DNA of 32,000 nucleotides from positions 2,670,799 through 2,702,798 of the forward strand of contig NZ_CP128399.1 in the NCBI RefSeq assembly GCF_030389965.1, read 5' to 3'. The translations under genes were made by a program, and so were the position numbers. Below the pieces are notes generated by a model. It was not told where the DNA came from. It saw only the letters and a program-made list of their open reading frames with translations, and searched no databases. This document shows positions 23,148 to 31,355 of the stretch, one piece after another. Numbering within the stretch: the first letter of the stretch is position 1; each line of letters begins with the position of its first letter. This DNA is from Candidatus Chlorohelix allophototropha (GTDB taxonomy: Bacteria > Chloroflexota > Chloroflexia > Chloroheliales > Chloroheliaceae).

Positions 23148-23177
23148 TTGTCAGCCGGGCAAGCAAACGCTTATAAT
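23148..23177 (+). promoter_or_regulatory. Sigma70-like promoter for the Mg2+ transport locus
   Basis: TTGTCA (23148-23153), an 18-nt spacer, then TATAAT (23172-23177), ~70 nt upstream of ATG 23251. Confidence 0.5.
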
Positions 23178-23250
23178 ATAATTAACCAGCCTACTATCCA
23201 GTGAAACTACTCAAATCTCATTCTCAGCACATAAGCTCGAGGAAATCCAG

Positions 23251-24567
23251 ATGAATTTAATGTTCTTCAGTTTGCTGGTTGGCAAATCTATACTTGACAG
23301 AAATGGAGAGAAGATTGCCAGCCTTAAAGATTTGATTGTGCGTATAAATCCAATCGTTGGTAAAAGCGAAGAGAAATACCCACCTCTCGCCGGAATATTG
23401 GCGCACTCCAATAGCCGAGAATTCTGGATTCCGGCTTCACAGGTGCAAGAATTTGAGCAAGGTAAAATCAGACTGCATGATGCGAAGGTGAGCCTTGAGC
23501 GATTTGAACGCCGAGATGGCGAAATTCTACTGTACAAGGATGTACTGGATAAACAGTTAGTAGATGTTGAGGGGCGGAGGGTCATTCGGGTAAATGATTT
23601 GGCATTGGGCAATGCTCCCAACGAATTAACGCCCCGTTTGGTAGGAGTAGATATTTCTTTTCAAGCGTTGGTACGGCGCATTTTACCGTTTGGCGGAACC
23701 CCCAGAGTAAGTCGCTTGAGCCGAAATGAAAACCTGCTCGACTGGGCAGATGTAGAGTATTTTGCGAGCAGCGCGCCAAGCGTGCGTCTCAATGTTTCTC
23801 ATGCGCGCTTGGCAAAAATGCATCCGGTGGATATAGCGCGGTTGCTGGACGAGCTTTCCTACGTGCAGGGCGCAGAAATTGTGAACGCCCTTGATGATGA
23901 AACTGCCGCCGATGCGCTTGAAGAGATGAACCCGGATTATGCTGCCGATATTCTGGAAGGTTTGAGCGAAGACCGCGCCGCTGATATTCTGGAAGAGATG
24001 CAGCCGGACGATGCTGCGGATGTTATTGCCGATTTGGACGAAAATAAAGCACAGGCATTATTGGAATTGATGGAAGAAGAAGAATCAGAAGAAGTGCGGG
24101 AACTGTTGGCTTATGATGAGGATGCCGCCGGTGGTATCATGACCAACGATTTCCTGATGTTACCTGATAATCTTGGTGCTTCCGAAGCGCTCCAAACCAT
24201 TCGTGAACTTGAAACCCAACCCGAATTTGTAGATTATATTTATGTGGTTGAACCGGATAGTGAAAAACTGGTGGGTGTAGCAGCGCTTCGGGATGTTGTT
24301 TTCTGCCAACCGCGCACTACCTTACTTTCCGAATTGATTGTACGTAATTATATAAGCATGAAAACCGATTCAAAAGCAGAGGATGCAGCGGCAGTGTTAG
24401 CAGATTACGGCTTTCGTGCCTTACCAGTGCTTAATGAGGAAGGCGAAATCAAAGGTATTATCACGTTTGATGATGCGCTTGATCTAATCTTACCTGAAGA
24501 TTTGCGACGACGACTGCCGAATATTTTTAAGAACCATCGGGGTATGGTAAGTTTCGTCAAAAAATAA
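23251..24567 (+). CDS. Soluble PRC-barrel + MgtE N-domain + CBS-pair protein (the MgtE cytosolic sensor module without the MgtE membrane domain)
   Basis: N-terminal 'LLVGKSILDRNGEKIASLKDLIV' is PRC-barrel-like. 'HPVDIARLLDEL...AADALEEMNPDYAADILEGLSEDRAADILEEMQPDDAADVIADLDENKAQALLELMEEEESEEVRELLAYDEDAAGGIMT' is the MgtE_N signature leading into the CBS pair ('YIYVVEPDSEKLVGVAALRDV', 'LPVLNEEGEIKGIITFDDAL'). The ORF ends after the CBS pair with no TM segments. Confidence 0.8.
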   Translation: MNLMFFSLLVGKSILDRNGEKIASLKDLIVRINPIVGKSEEKYPPLAGILAHSNSREFWIPASQVQEFEQGKIRLHDAKVSLERFERRDGEILLYKDVLDKQLVDVEGRRVIRVNDLALGNAPNELTPRLVGVDISFQALVRRILPFGGTPRVSRLSRNENLLDWADVEYFASSAPSVRLNVSHARLAKMHPVDIARLLDELSYVQGAEIVNALDDETAADALEEMNPDYAADILEGLSEDRAADILEEMQPDDAADVIADLDENKAQALLELMEEEESEEVRELLAYDEDAAGGIMTNDFLMLPDNLGASEALQTIRELETQPEFVDYIYVVEPDSEKLVGVAALRDVVFCQPRTTLLSELIVRNYISMKTDSKAEDAAAVLADYGFRALPVLNEEGEIKGIITFDDALDLILPEDLRRRLPNIFKNHRGMVSFVKK

Positions 24568-24579
24568 AAGAAGGGTTTC

Positions 24580-25944
24580 GTGGCAAAAGAAAATCAGGAC
24601 AAGGTAGGGAATGTAATTACAACCCCCAATGAAACACCCGAGAAGAATGAGCCGCGTCCGGTAAGAAAAGGGCGGTTTTTCTTTTTTCTTGGTATGCTCG
24701 GTCCGGGATTAATTGCGGCAAACGCCGGGAATGATGCCGGAGGAATTGCTACCTATAGCCAAATGGGGGCGCAATACGGTTACAACCTCTTATGGGTGAT
24801 GATTGTCATTACCTTCTCACTGGCAGTAGTGCAAGAAATGTGCGCCCGCTTGGGGGCAGCAACCGGTAAGGGCTTAAGTGCGCTGATTCGCGAAAACTTC
24901 AGCATTCGCTGGACTACTTTCCTCATGTTGGCGCTCCTGATTGCCAATGCCGGAACAACAATTTCAGACTTTATCGGTATCGCCGCCGCGATGGGCATCT
25001 TCGGTGTGCCTGCGTGGATTAGCGCGCCGGTTGCCGGGTTAACGCTGTGGTTCTTCATTGCACGCGGTTCTTATGGTAGAGCCGAAAAAATCTTCCTGTT
25101 TATGACCTTTGCCTTTTTTGCTTATGTATTCGCCGCAATTGTAGGGCATCCTAATTGGGGCGAAGTTGCTACCCACGCCCTTACCCCAACCATAAAAAGT
25201 GATAGCGCTTATATTCAGACCATTATGGCGGCAATAGGTACAACCATTACCCCCTATATGCAATTGTTTTTGCAAAGCGCGGTGGTGGAAAAAGGGGTGA
25301 CGATGCGAGATTATGGCTACCAGAGATTGGAAGTTTATCTAGGGTCTATCTTCTCAAATACAATCTCCGCCTTTATTATAATTGCTTGCGGCGCCACTAT
25401 TTTTATGAGCAGCCCGATTATAAACGGTGAGCATCAGGGCGTGGAAATAAATACCGCCAGTGATGCAGCCAAAGCGCTTGAGCCGCTTTTGGGTAGCTAT
25501 GCTACGCAGGTGTTCGCGTTAGGTTTATTGGGCGCATCGCTACTTGCCAGTGGCGTGTTACCGCTGGCTACTTCTTATTCGATTTGTGAAGCATTCGGTT
25601 TCGAGAACGGCATTTCCTTCAAATGGAAGGAAGCGCCCGTCTTTTGGAGTATTTTTACCTTCCTGATAGTCGCCGGGGTGGGTGTCACTATTATCCCCGG
25701 AGTTTTGAATTATACCGTAGCGATATTGCTCATAATCCAGATTGTCAACGGTATGATTTTACCCTTAATACTGGTAGCTATTTTGTTGCTCATCAACAAA
25801 AAATCCTTAATGGGTAAATATATCAATGGTAAAATTTACAACATAATAGCGTGGACAACCGCTGTAGGCGTGGGAATTCTTTCAATTATACTCCTGACCG
25901 TGACTGTTTTTGGACTCTTCAATGTAAACATATTGCCTTCATAG
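24580..25944 (+). CDS. Nramp/SLC11-family transporter with a non-canonical metal site (NRMT-like, putative Mg2+ transporter)
   Basis: Nramp TM1 context 'LGPGLIAANAGNDAGGIATYSQMGAQYGYNLLW' has DAGG (24733..24744) in place of canonical DPGN. TM6 'AIGTTITPYMQLFLQS' (TTITPY at 25240..25257) replaces canonical 'G(A)T(V)MPHN', so the Met and His are lost. GTG start lies 12 nt after the upstream stop. Confidence 0.75.
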   Translation: MAKENQDKVGNVITTPNETPEKNEPRPVRKGRFFFFLGMLGPGLIAANAGNDAGGIATYSQMGAQYGYNLLWVMIVITFSLAVVQEMCARLGAATGKGLSALIRENFSIRWTTFLMLALLIANAGTTISDFIGIAAAMGIFGVPAWISAPVAGLTLWFFIARGSYGRAEKIFLFMTFAFFAYVFAAIVGHPNWGEVATHALTPTIKSDSAYIQTIMAAIGTTITPYMQLFLQSAVVEKGVTMRDYGYQRLEVYLGSIFSNTISAFIIIACGATIFMSSPIINGEHQGVEINTASDAAKALEPLLGSYATQVFALGLLGASLLASGVLPLATSYSICEAFGFENGISFKWKEAPVFWSIFTFLIVAGVGVTIIPGVLNYTVAILLIIQIVNGMILPLILVAILLLINKKSLMGKYINGKIYNIIAWTTAVGVGILSIILLTVTVFGLFNVNILPS

Positions 25945-26026
25945 CAAGGTATAATCAAAAATGGGTATTCCCCCCTTTTTCAGCGGTTTCTAATAACTTT
26001 ACCCTCAATCTAATGGAGTAAAGCGT

Positions 26027-27004
26027 GTGATAAAAGCCTTAGTAGCGGATACGCAGACTCATAACTCCCGCAATTTTCAAGATTTGGATAAGATTAGCGA
26101 CTTGTTGAGCGACTCTGCTAATTTTTTCTGGCTCGACCTCTCTTCCCCCTCGGAGGAAGAGTTAAATATGGTGGCAAAGGAATTCAACTTCCACCATTTA
26201 GCCATGGAAGATGTCACTCATCGTCTCCAACGCCCCAAGATTGAAGAATACGAAAACTATTTTCTGGGAATCTTTTACTCTATCAGTTTGAAGGATGAAT
26301 TTAAGGAACTAGTTTTCCATGAATTAGCCTTTTTTATCGGGGCAAATTATTTGGTAACTATACATTATGAGCCAATTCCTGAATTGGCAGAAGCAGAGGC
26401 GCGCTGGAAACGTAACAATGTGCAGACAGTCAAAATGATAGGACCAGTTGTCTATGCCATGCTTGATACGTTGGTAGATAACTATTTTCCGATTATGGAT
26501 AAAATGGTGGATTATGCCGAAGAGTTAGAGGATGATATTTTTCAAGGCAATGGCATGCACACCAAAGTAACCGGCAAACTGTTAGAGCTTAAAAAGTTGT
26601 TTTTGCAAATGCGCCGGATAATAGCGCCTGAACGTGATATTCTCAATGTGCTGACCAATCGCGATAACCGGATTTTTGGCGACGATGCCCTGTTTTACTT
26701 CCGGGATGTTTATGACCACCTAACGCGGGTCACCGATACCCTTGACCTATACCGCGACCAGATTGGTAGCACTATGGAAGCAAATCTATCGGTTGCGTCA
26801 AACGATCTCAATAGCGTGATGCGTACTCTTACTGCTTTTTCCATTATCCTTATGACCGATGCCCTGATAAGCGGGATATATGGGATGAATTTTGAGAATA
26901 TACCCGAACTCAAATGGAGTTTCGGCTACTATGGCGCGTTATCTTTAATGGTGGGCATCACCGTAGGGCTTGTATTTTATTTCAAAAGAAAGAAATGGCT
27001 TTGA
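26027..27004 (+). CDS. corA: CorA-family magnesium/cobalt transporter
   Basis: Signature 'YGMNFENIPE' (GMN at 26882..26890) between two C-terminal TM helices. GGAG SD 8 nt upstream of GTG 26027. Confidence 0.85.
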   Translation: MIKALVADTQTHNSRNFQDLDKISDLLSDSANFFWLDLSSPSEEELNMVAKEFNFHHLAMEDVTHRLQRPKIEEYENYFLGIFYSISLKDEFKELVFHELAFFIGANYLVTIHYEPIPELAEAEARWKRNNVQTVKMIGPVVYAMLDTLVDNYFPIMDKMVDYAEELEDDIFQGNGMHTKVTGKLLELKKLFLQMRRIIAPERDILNVLTNRDNRIFGDDALFYFRDVYDHLTRVTDTLDLYRDQIGSTMEANLSVASNDLNSVMRTLTAFSIILMTDALISGIYGMNFENIPELKWSFGYYGALSLMVGITVGLVFYFKRKKWL

Positions 27005-27025
27005 GTAATTGCGTCTTTACTCGAT

Positions 27026-27050
27026 AACAGGATGCACACCTGTTCTTTTT
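27026..27050 (+). terminator. Rho-independent terminator after corA
   Basis: Stem aacagg (27026-27031) / cctgtt (27039-27044), a 7-nt loop, then CTTTTT. Confidence 0.5.
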
Positions 27051-28063
27051 CATTTTTTGTTCCAAGCTTCAAGAACTTCTCGTTCTTTATCCAAAGAGAT
27101 TCCGGCGTAGCGCAGCACTTCCGACGGGCGCACCCTATCCCACTCAAAGGTAGCTCGAACAGTTTCCGCCAACGGGCGGATGGTCAAGCCTTTTGAAAGC
27201 GCTTTGGTGATATTTGTTGCGCCCAAAGCTCTGGACATTGGATCAGAGGCGGGAATCCAAAGCGGTAAACCCAACCATGGCATTATTTTCTCATCCAATA
27301 TAAATTGATCGTCCACCCAAGTTAAGTGAGCGTTACCGCCACAAACTCGATTAGATTCTTCGAGGAACACACCCATTGTCAGGGTATAATCTGGTCCGGT
27401 AAAGTTAAAGACCCCTGTTTCAAGCTTCTCCGCCAGACGCAGCGTACCCTCGGCTAAATCGCGCACATCAATAAACTGAACTGGACGCGCAGGTGAACCG
27501 GGAGCAAGCACTTCTCCACCTTGCGGCAGCCGATGTACCCAATAGGTGAAGCGATCGGAGGGGTCGTAGGGACCAACAATCAAGCCCGGTCGAATTATCA
27601 ACGCGCCGTCCGAAAACTGCGCCTGTACCTCTTTTTCGCAAAGGGCTTTTAGTGGACCGTAATTCTCCGGCGAAATCTCACGCGGGGAGGAGGTTTTTTC
27701 TACTTCCTCCTCAGAAATTGTAGCCAGTTCGTCTTCCTCAACCAAGCCAGTTTTACCTTGATCGGCATAAACCGAAATGGTAGAGATAAATACATAGAGT
27801 CGAGCGGAACCTGCAAGCAAACTTGCTGTTTGGCGAACCGCGCCCGGCAAATAGCCACAGGTATCAATTACTATATCAAAGCTACGCCCTGTTAGTGCGC
27901 TTAAATCTTGTTCGCGATCACCTAATAGCTTTTCGACTTGGGGAAACTGGTCAGGATTAGTGCGCCCCCGGTTAAAGGTGGTAACGTTATGCCCGGCTTT
28001 GAGAGCTGCTTCTATCAAAGGATATCCCAAAAAACGAGGACCACCGATCAATAGTAGCTTCAT
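27050..28063 (-). CDS. NAD(P)-dependent epimerase/dehydratase-family (extended SDR) protein
   Basis: N-terminal Rossmann motif 'MKLLLIGGPRFLGYPLIEAAL'. The size and overall layout are typical of extended SDRs. Confidence 0.7.
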   Translation of the reverse strand: MKLLLIGGPRFLGYPLIEAALKAGHNVTTFNRGRTNPDQFPQVEKLLGDREQDLSALTGRSFDIVIDTCGYLPGAVRQTASLLAGSARLYVFISTISVYADQGKTGLVEEDELATISEEEVEKTSSPREISPENYGPLKALCEKEVQAQFSDGALIIRPGLIVGPYDPSDRFTYWVHRLPQGGEVLAPGSPARPVQFIDVRDLAEGTLRLAEKLETGVFNFTGPDYTLTMGVFLEESNRVCGGNAHLTWVDDQFILDEKIMPWLGLPLWIPASDPMSRALGATNITKALSKGLTIRPLAETVRATFEWDRVRPSEVLRYAGISLDKEREVLEAWNKK

Positions 28064-28084
28064 TATTCAATCCGCTTTCTTTAT

Positions 28085-28117
28085 AAAAAAGAAACCCGCC
28101 CCGTAAGTGGAGCGGGT
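28085..28117 (-). terminator. Rho-independent terminator after the PucC-like gene
   Basis: Stem acccgc (28094-28099) / gcgggt (28112-28117). The A-rich run 28085-28093 gives a T-run on the minus strand. Confidence 0.55.
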
Positions 28118-28134
28118 AAGAATTCTGAATTATC

Positions 28135-29700
28135 TTAAGCAACACCACCGGCATTAGTCCCTGAAGCTACAGCAATAGCCTCTTCTGGATGAATTGCGGC
28201 AGTAATTTCAGCAATCTCTTTCTGGAACTGCGGAACACTTACTCTAGTAAACAAGGCAAGCGCCAGAGCCGTACCAATTGCCTGAGTGAGAAATACAAAG
28301 CCATAGCCTACGCTCAAGTTATTGGGGAAAGCATTGAAGGCGAAATCTCGCAACGCCCCTGCGCCCAAATTAGCCAGTCCGGTTCCAAACGCCTGAGCAA
28401 TACCCCAAACCCCGATGTACAAAGCCGCGTTCGCCTTATCAGTAATATCCATCATTGTACCGATTAGACCGGGAACACTTGTGCCTAAACCCAATCCCAT
28501 AATTATCAGCCCAATGGTAAATATTGATTTATCGCCTGCAATTGCGGCATCCCAAGCTTTGCGAGCCGCTGCGTAAGCATCTTCACTGATCAAACCGCTG
28601 GCATGAGCATTGTTGGCAGCATCATAAGCTTGAATTGCCGCCTGATCTACTTTGAAGATGAAACCAGAAACAGCTTGGAGAAGCATTCCAATAACTGCTA
28701 CCCCCAAACCGCCATAAATTGAATAGCGTTTGTTTATCCACAGGGTTACTACCCCGGCTCCGATCATAGCCACCAAAATCGGCCCATTGAGAGTTGCCTG
28801 AATTGCGCTCCGTTCGGCGACGGTCATACGATACACATTACCGGCATAAGCAGGCGCGAGGATATCACGCATAAAGGTAAAAGCGCAATAAACAAATAGG
28901 AAGCTCAAAAAGACCCGCGCTTGCCTGATACTGGTAACTACCTTAAATGCCTGCCTGAAATTGACATGGGTACGTTTGTGGTCAATTGCACCCTCACGAC
29001 GTGGCTCTATCATAGAAGTTCCAATAACCGACAGAAATACTAGTACCAGTAATATTGCCGGGAAAAGGAAAAGGAAAATAGGATACAGCGAGTTGTAATC
29101 AAAGCTGCGTCCTTCGTTCTCCGGCAGAATAACCCGTCCTACAATGGAACTGATAATTATTCCGGCAATTAGCAAAGTCCAGCCGATAGAAGCCAGAAAA
29201 CCGCGCACCCGTTCGGAGGTGGTATCCACCAAAACTGCCAGCGCAGCAGTACCCATTATGGAAATGCCGGTGCCGTTTATCAAGAATACCAGAATGGCTA
29301 CAATAACCCAGAAAAAGTTACTTTGATAATTGCCGGTATTGGCTACTTCTCCGGTAATACGATGGAAGTTCGGGTCGCGCAATTGCTGCACCACCAGCAA
29401 GATAAGCGGATATGAGCCGGCTAGAGTTATGCCGCCAATCGCTATGAAGGGCGCGCGGTGCATTTTGAAAATGGAATAGCGGTCTGACAAAGAGCCGATA
29501 TAACTTCTGATAGGTTCAATGAAATAGTGGCTACCTAGCAAAACACCAACAAGAATAGCAGGTACGCCCAGTTCGTTTATCATAACCGGGTCAAGGATAC
29601 TACTTATAATTCCGGCGGAGAAACCGGAAGCCACCTGAAACATCAGAACTAGGAAGAAAACCAGCCCAACCAGAAATTTATTTCTTTTCGCTATTACCAT
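28135..29700 (-). CDS. BCD-family (PucC/LhaA-like) MFS transporter
   Basis: 'ILDPVMINELGVPAILVGVLLGSHYFIEPIRSYIGSLSDRY...HRAPFIAIG' follows the PucC-family N-terminal signature (LNRVMIVELGVPA...R...G..SD). The protein is multi-pass hydrophobic throughout. ATG 29700 is preferred because an AGGAG SD lies 9 nt upstream; the track's TTG 29709 sits inside that spacer. Confidence 0.65.
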   Translation of the reverse strand: MVIAKRNKFLVGLVFFLVLMFQVASGFSAGIISSILDPVMINELGVPAILVGVLLGSHYFIEPIRSYIGSLSDRYSIFKMHRAPFIAIGGITLAGSYPLILLVVQQLRDPNFHRITGEVANTGNYQSNFFWVIVAILVFLINGTGISIMGTAALAVLVDTTSERVRGFLASIGWTLLIAGIIISSIVGRVILPENEGRSFDYNSLYPIFLFLFPAILLVLVFLSVIGTSMIEPRREGAIDHKRTHVNFRQAFKVVTSIRQARVFLSFLFVYCAFTFMRDILAPAYAGNVYRMTVAERSAIQATLNGPILVAMIGAGVVTLWINKRYSIYGGLGVAVIGMLLQAVSGFIFKVDQAAIQAYDAANNAHASGLISEDAYAAARKAWDAAIAGDKSIFTIGLIIMGLGLGTSVPGLIGTMMDITDKANAALYIGVWGIAQAFGTGLANLGAGALRDFAFNAFPNNLSVGYGFVFLTQAIGTALALALFTRVSVPQFQKEIAEITAAIHPEEAIAVASGTNAGGVA

Positions 29701-29855
29701 ATTTCCCAACTCCTAAAATATATCGCTAAAGGTGCAGATCACTTCCCCCGAACATTGATTATTTTTAAATAAAGGGTCAACCCCTTCTAGCTTGTGCAGA
29801 AAGGGTTGGGATGTAAAAAATTTCAATTTTAAACGGATTGCTCGGCTTTTTGACG

Positions 29856-30350
29856 CTAGACTGCCGGTTTATCAACCGTTTCCAAAGTAGCCATAGTGCC
29901 GCGTTTCTTGTGATGCTGACGATTTACAAGCCATTTCAAAACGTATTGTGCAGCATTTAGCAGATAGCTTACATAAGCTATTACTACCAGCAGCAACAGG
30001 GTTTTATGATCCCTGACCCCAAATAACAAAGCTACCAAATAGATTGAGTGTGCAACCATTACAATGGTAGTAATAAAATCTTCCCAGAAAAATTGGGGGG
30101 CAAAATACCAATGATCGAAAACATCTTTCTCCCAAAACATTCCGGTAATGCACATGAAATAGAGAAAAAGGATTTTGAATATAATAGTAGCATTGGTAAT
30201 GTCGAACAGGCTATCGGAGAAGAAAGTGCCGATTACAAATCCGAGGCTTATGAGGAAAACCAGAAATTGAAAGGGCGCACCCCAGATTTGTACTTTTGTC
30301 CAAACACTGTTAGCTCTTCGTGCGTACTGTTCAGGTGTGTAGGTACTCAT
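29856..30350 (-). CDS. bchF: 2-vinyl bacteriochlorophyllide (chlorophyllide a 3(1)-) hydratase
   Basis: 'YTPEQYARRANSVWTKVQ...APFQFLVFLISL', 'TGMFWEKDVF...YFAPQFFWEDF' and 'YLLNAAQYVLKW' match conserved BchF blocks as I recall them (YTPEER.RRD...WT.VQ, IWEK.VFG.YLFA..FFWED). The ~164-aa size is also typical. Confidence 0.85.
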   Translation of the reverse strand: MSTYTPEQYARRANSVWTKVQIWGAPFQFLVFLISLGFVIGTFFSDSLFDITNATIIFKILFLYFMCITGMFWEKDVFDHWYFAPQFFWEDFITTIVMVAHSIYLVALLFGVRDHKTLLLLVVIAYVSYLLNAAQYVLKWLVNRQHHKKRGTMATLETVDKPAV

Positions 30351-30403
30351 CTTTTACCTTTTTGGGTTTGATGTGAAAAAAATTCAGGCTTCTATAAAAA
30401 TCT

Positions 30404-30455
30404 TACTAATGAAAAGAGGTGTAGTATGTAGTGGCAACTACAAAAGCTACACCTC
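30404..30455 (-). terminator. Long hairpin, probable terminator of the hypothetical gene upstream of bchF
   Basis: Outer stem GAGGTGTAG (30416-30424) / CTACACCTC (30447-30455) with an inner stem GTAGT/ACTAC. On the minus strand it is followed by TTTTCATT. Confidence 0.5.
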
Positions 30456-30488
30456 GGTACCTCACCTGGAATTTAAAATAAAACCCTT

Positions 30489-30998
30489 TTACTTGTTCGG
30501 CATGTCTAGTTTGGAACCAAGCTTTCCAAGCATAGTACCCCGATCAACTGGCAAGTCAAACTGGGATACTTCATGTTCTTCTTGGTCTTCTTCGAAAAAG
30601 GAAAAAGGCGCACCGGGACTCGAAGGACTGAGCGAATGTGCTTGGAAATAGTTAGCATGCCAAACCGCATGTATTTCGGAACCTTGCTGAATTTCCTCTT
30701 CAGTAGGAGCCGGAGCTACCTCGGCAAGCCCGGTATAAAGCTTTATGCGTTCTTCTTCGGTGAAAAGTTCCGGCGGAACTTCATGACGCAAATACTCTTC
30801 CATCCGTGTGTAGAAAAGAGCGCGTTCAATTACCGGAAAAGAACCATTTATCAAGCGCAGATTGCCCAGATACGCAATAGTACGCTGGCGAGGCTCACCG
30901 GCGCCGTTTTTATAGCTTTGAACGAGGTAAGCATCGTAAAAGGTAATTTTAGCAAGGTCTTCGTTCTTGTGACGTCTAATTACCCATTTTACATACAT
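30489..30998 (-). CDS. Hypothetical protein
   Basis: 169-aa ORF with ordinary protein-like composition, whereas the overlapping plus-strand ORF 30573..31097 is F/R-rich and junk-like. N-terminus 'MYVKWVIRRHKN...YLVQSYKNGAGEPRQRTIAYLGNL'. Acidic C-terminal half. Confidence 0.55.
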   Translation of the reverse strand: MYVKWVIRRHKNEDLAKITFYDAYLVQSYKNGAGEPRQRTIAYLGNLRLINGSFPVIERALFYTRMEEYLRHEVPPELFTEEERIKLYTGLAEVAPAPTEEEIQQGSEIHAVWHANYFQAHSLSPSSPGAPFSFFEEDQEEHEVSQFDLPVDRGTMLGKLGSKLDMPNK

Positions 30999-31355
30999 AT
31001 AATCTATTCCCCTAGACCGTTTATCCAGTATTTGAGATGCAAATCTTACTTCAACTTCACTCGAAGAGGTATTCGGTTGCAGATAGGCTTAGTATAGCAA
31101 TGAAAATTAGGGGTTTTATGTAGTTGGGACTACCAAACTGGGGCTTAATAGATTGCCAACTGCATGATTAAATTAAGCCTTGTAAGGCTATCCCTTCCCT
31201 AGAATCGTAGTTCACGCTACAGACTGACTATCTGTTTACCTATAAGCTATTGGTAATCAACCCTTACCGGCTTTTGCCAGTTCTAATTTTCTTTTGCTAT
31301 TCATATTTTTTACCCCTAGAGGGTACTGTGTTTTAGTATCCAGGGAGATGTCACT

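Noticed and set aside
30573-31097. Plus-strand ORFs 30573..31097 (174 aa), 30373..30651 and 30048..30371.
   Set aside because: They are antisense shadows of the minus-strand genes (the hypothetical 30489..30998 and bchF). Their composition is F/R/K-rich and junk-like, they have no RBS, and they overlap the better-supported frames.
31142-31188. Inverted repeats 'ggcttaat...attaagcc' and 'gcctt-gt-aaggc' in the divergent intergenic region upstream of the ArsA-like gene, considered as a possible tRNA or small RNA.
   Set aside because: There is no cloverleaf, no T-loop (GTTCRANYC) and no flanking promoter or terminator. It is most simply a regulatory hairpin or a chance feature of an AT-rich spacer.
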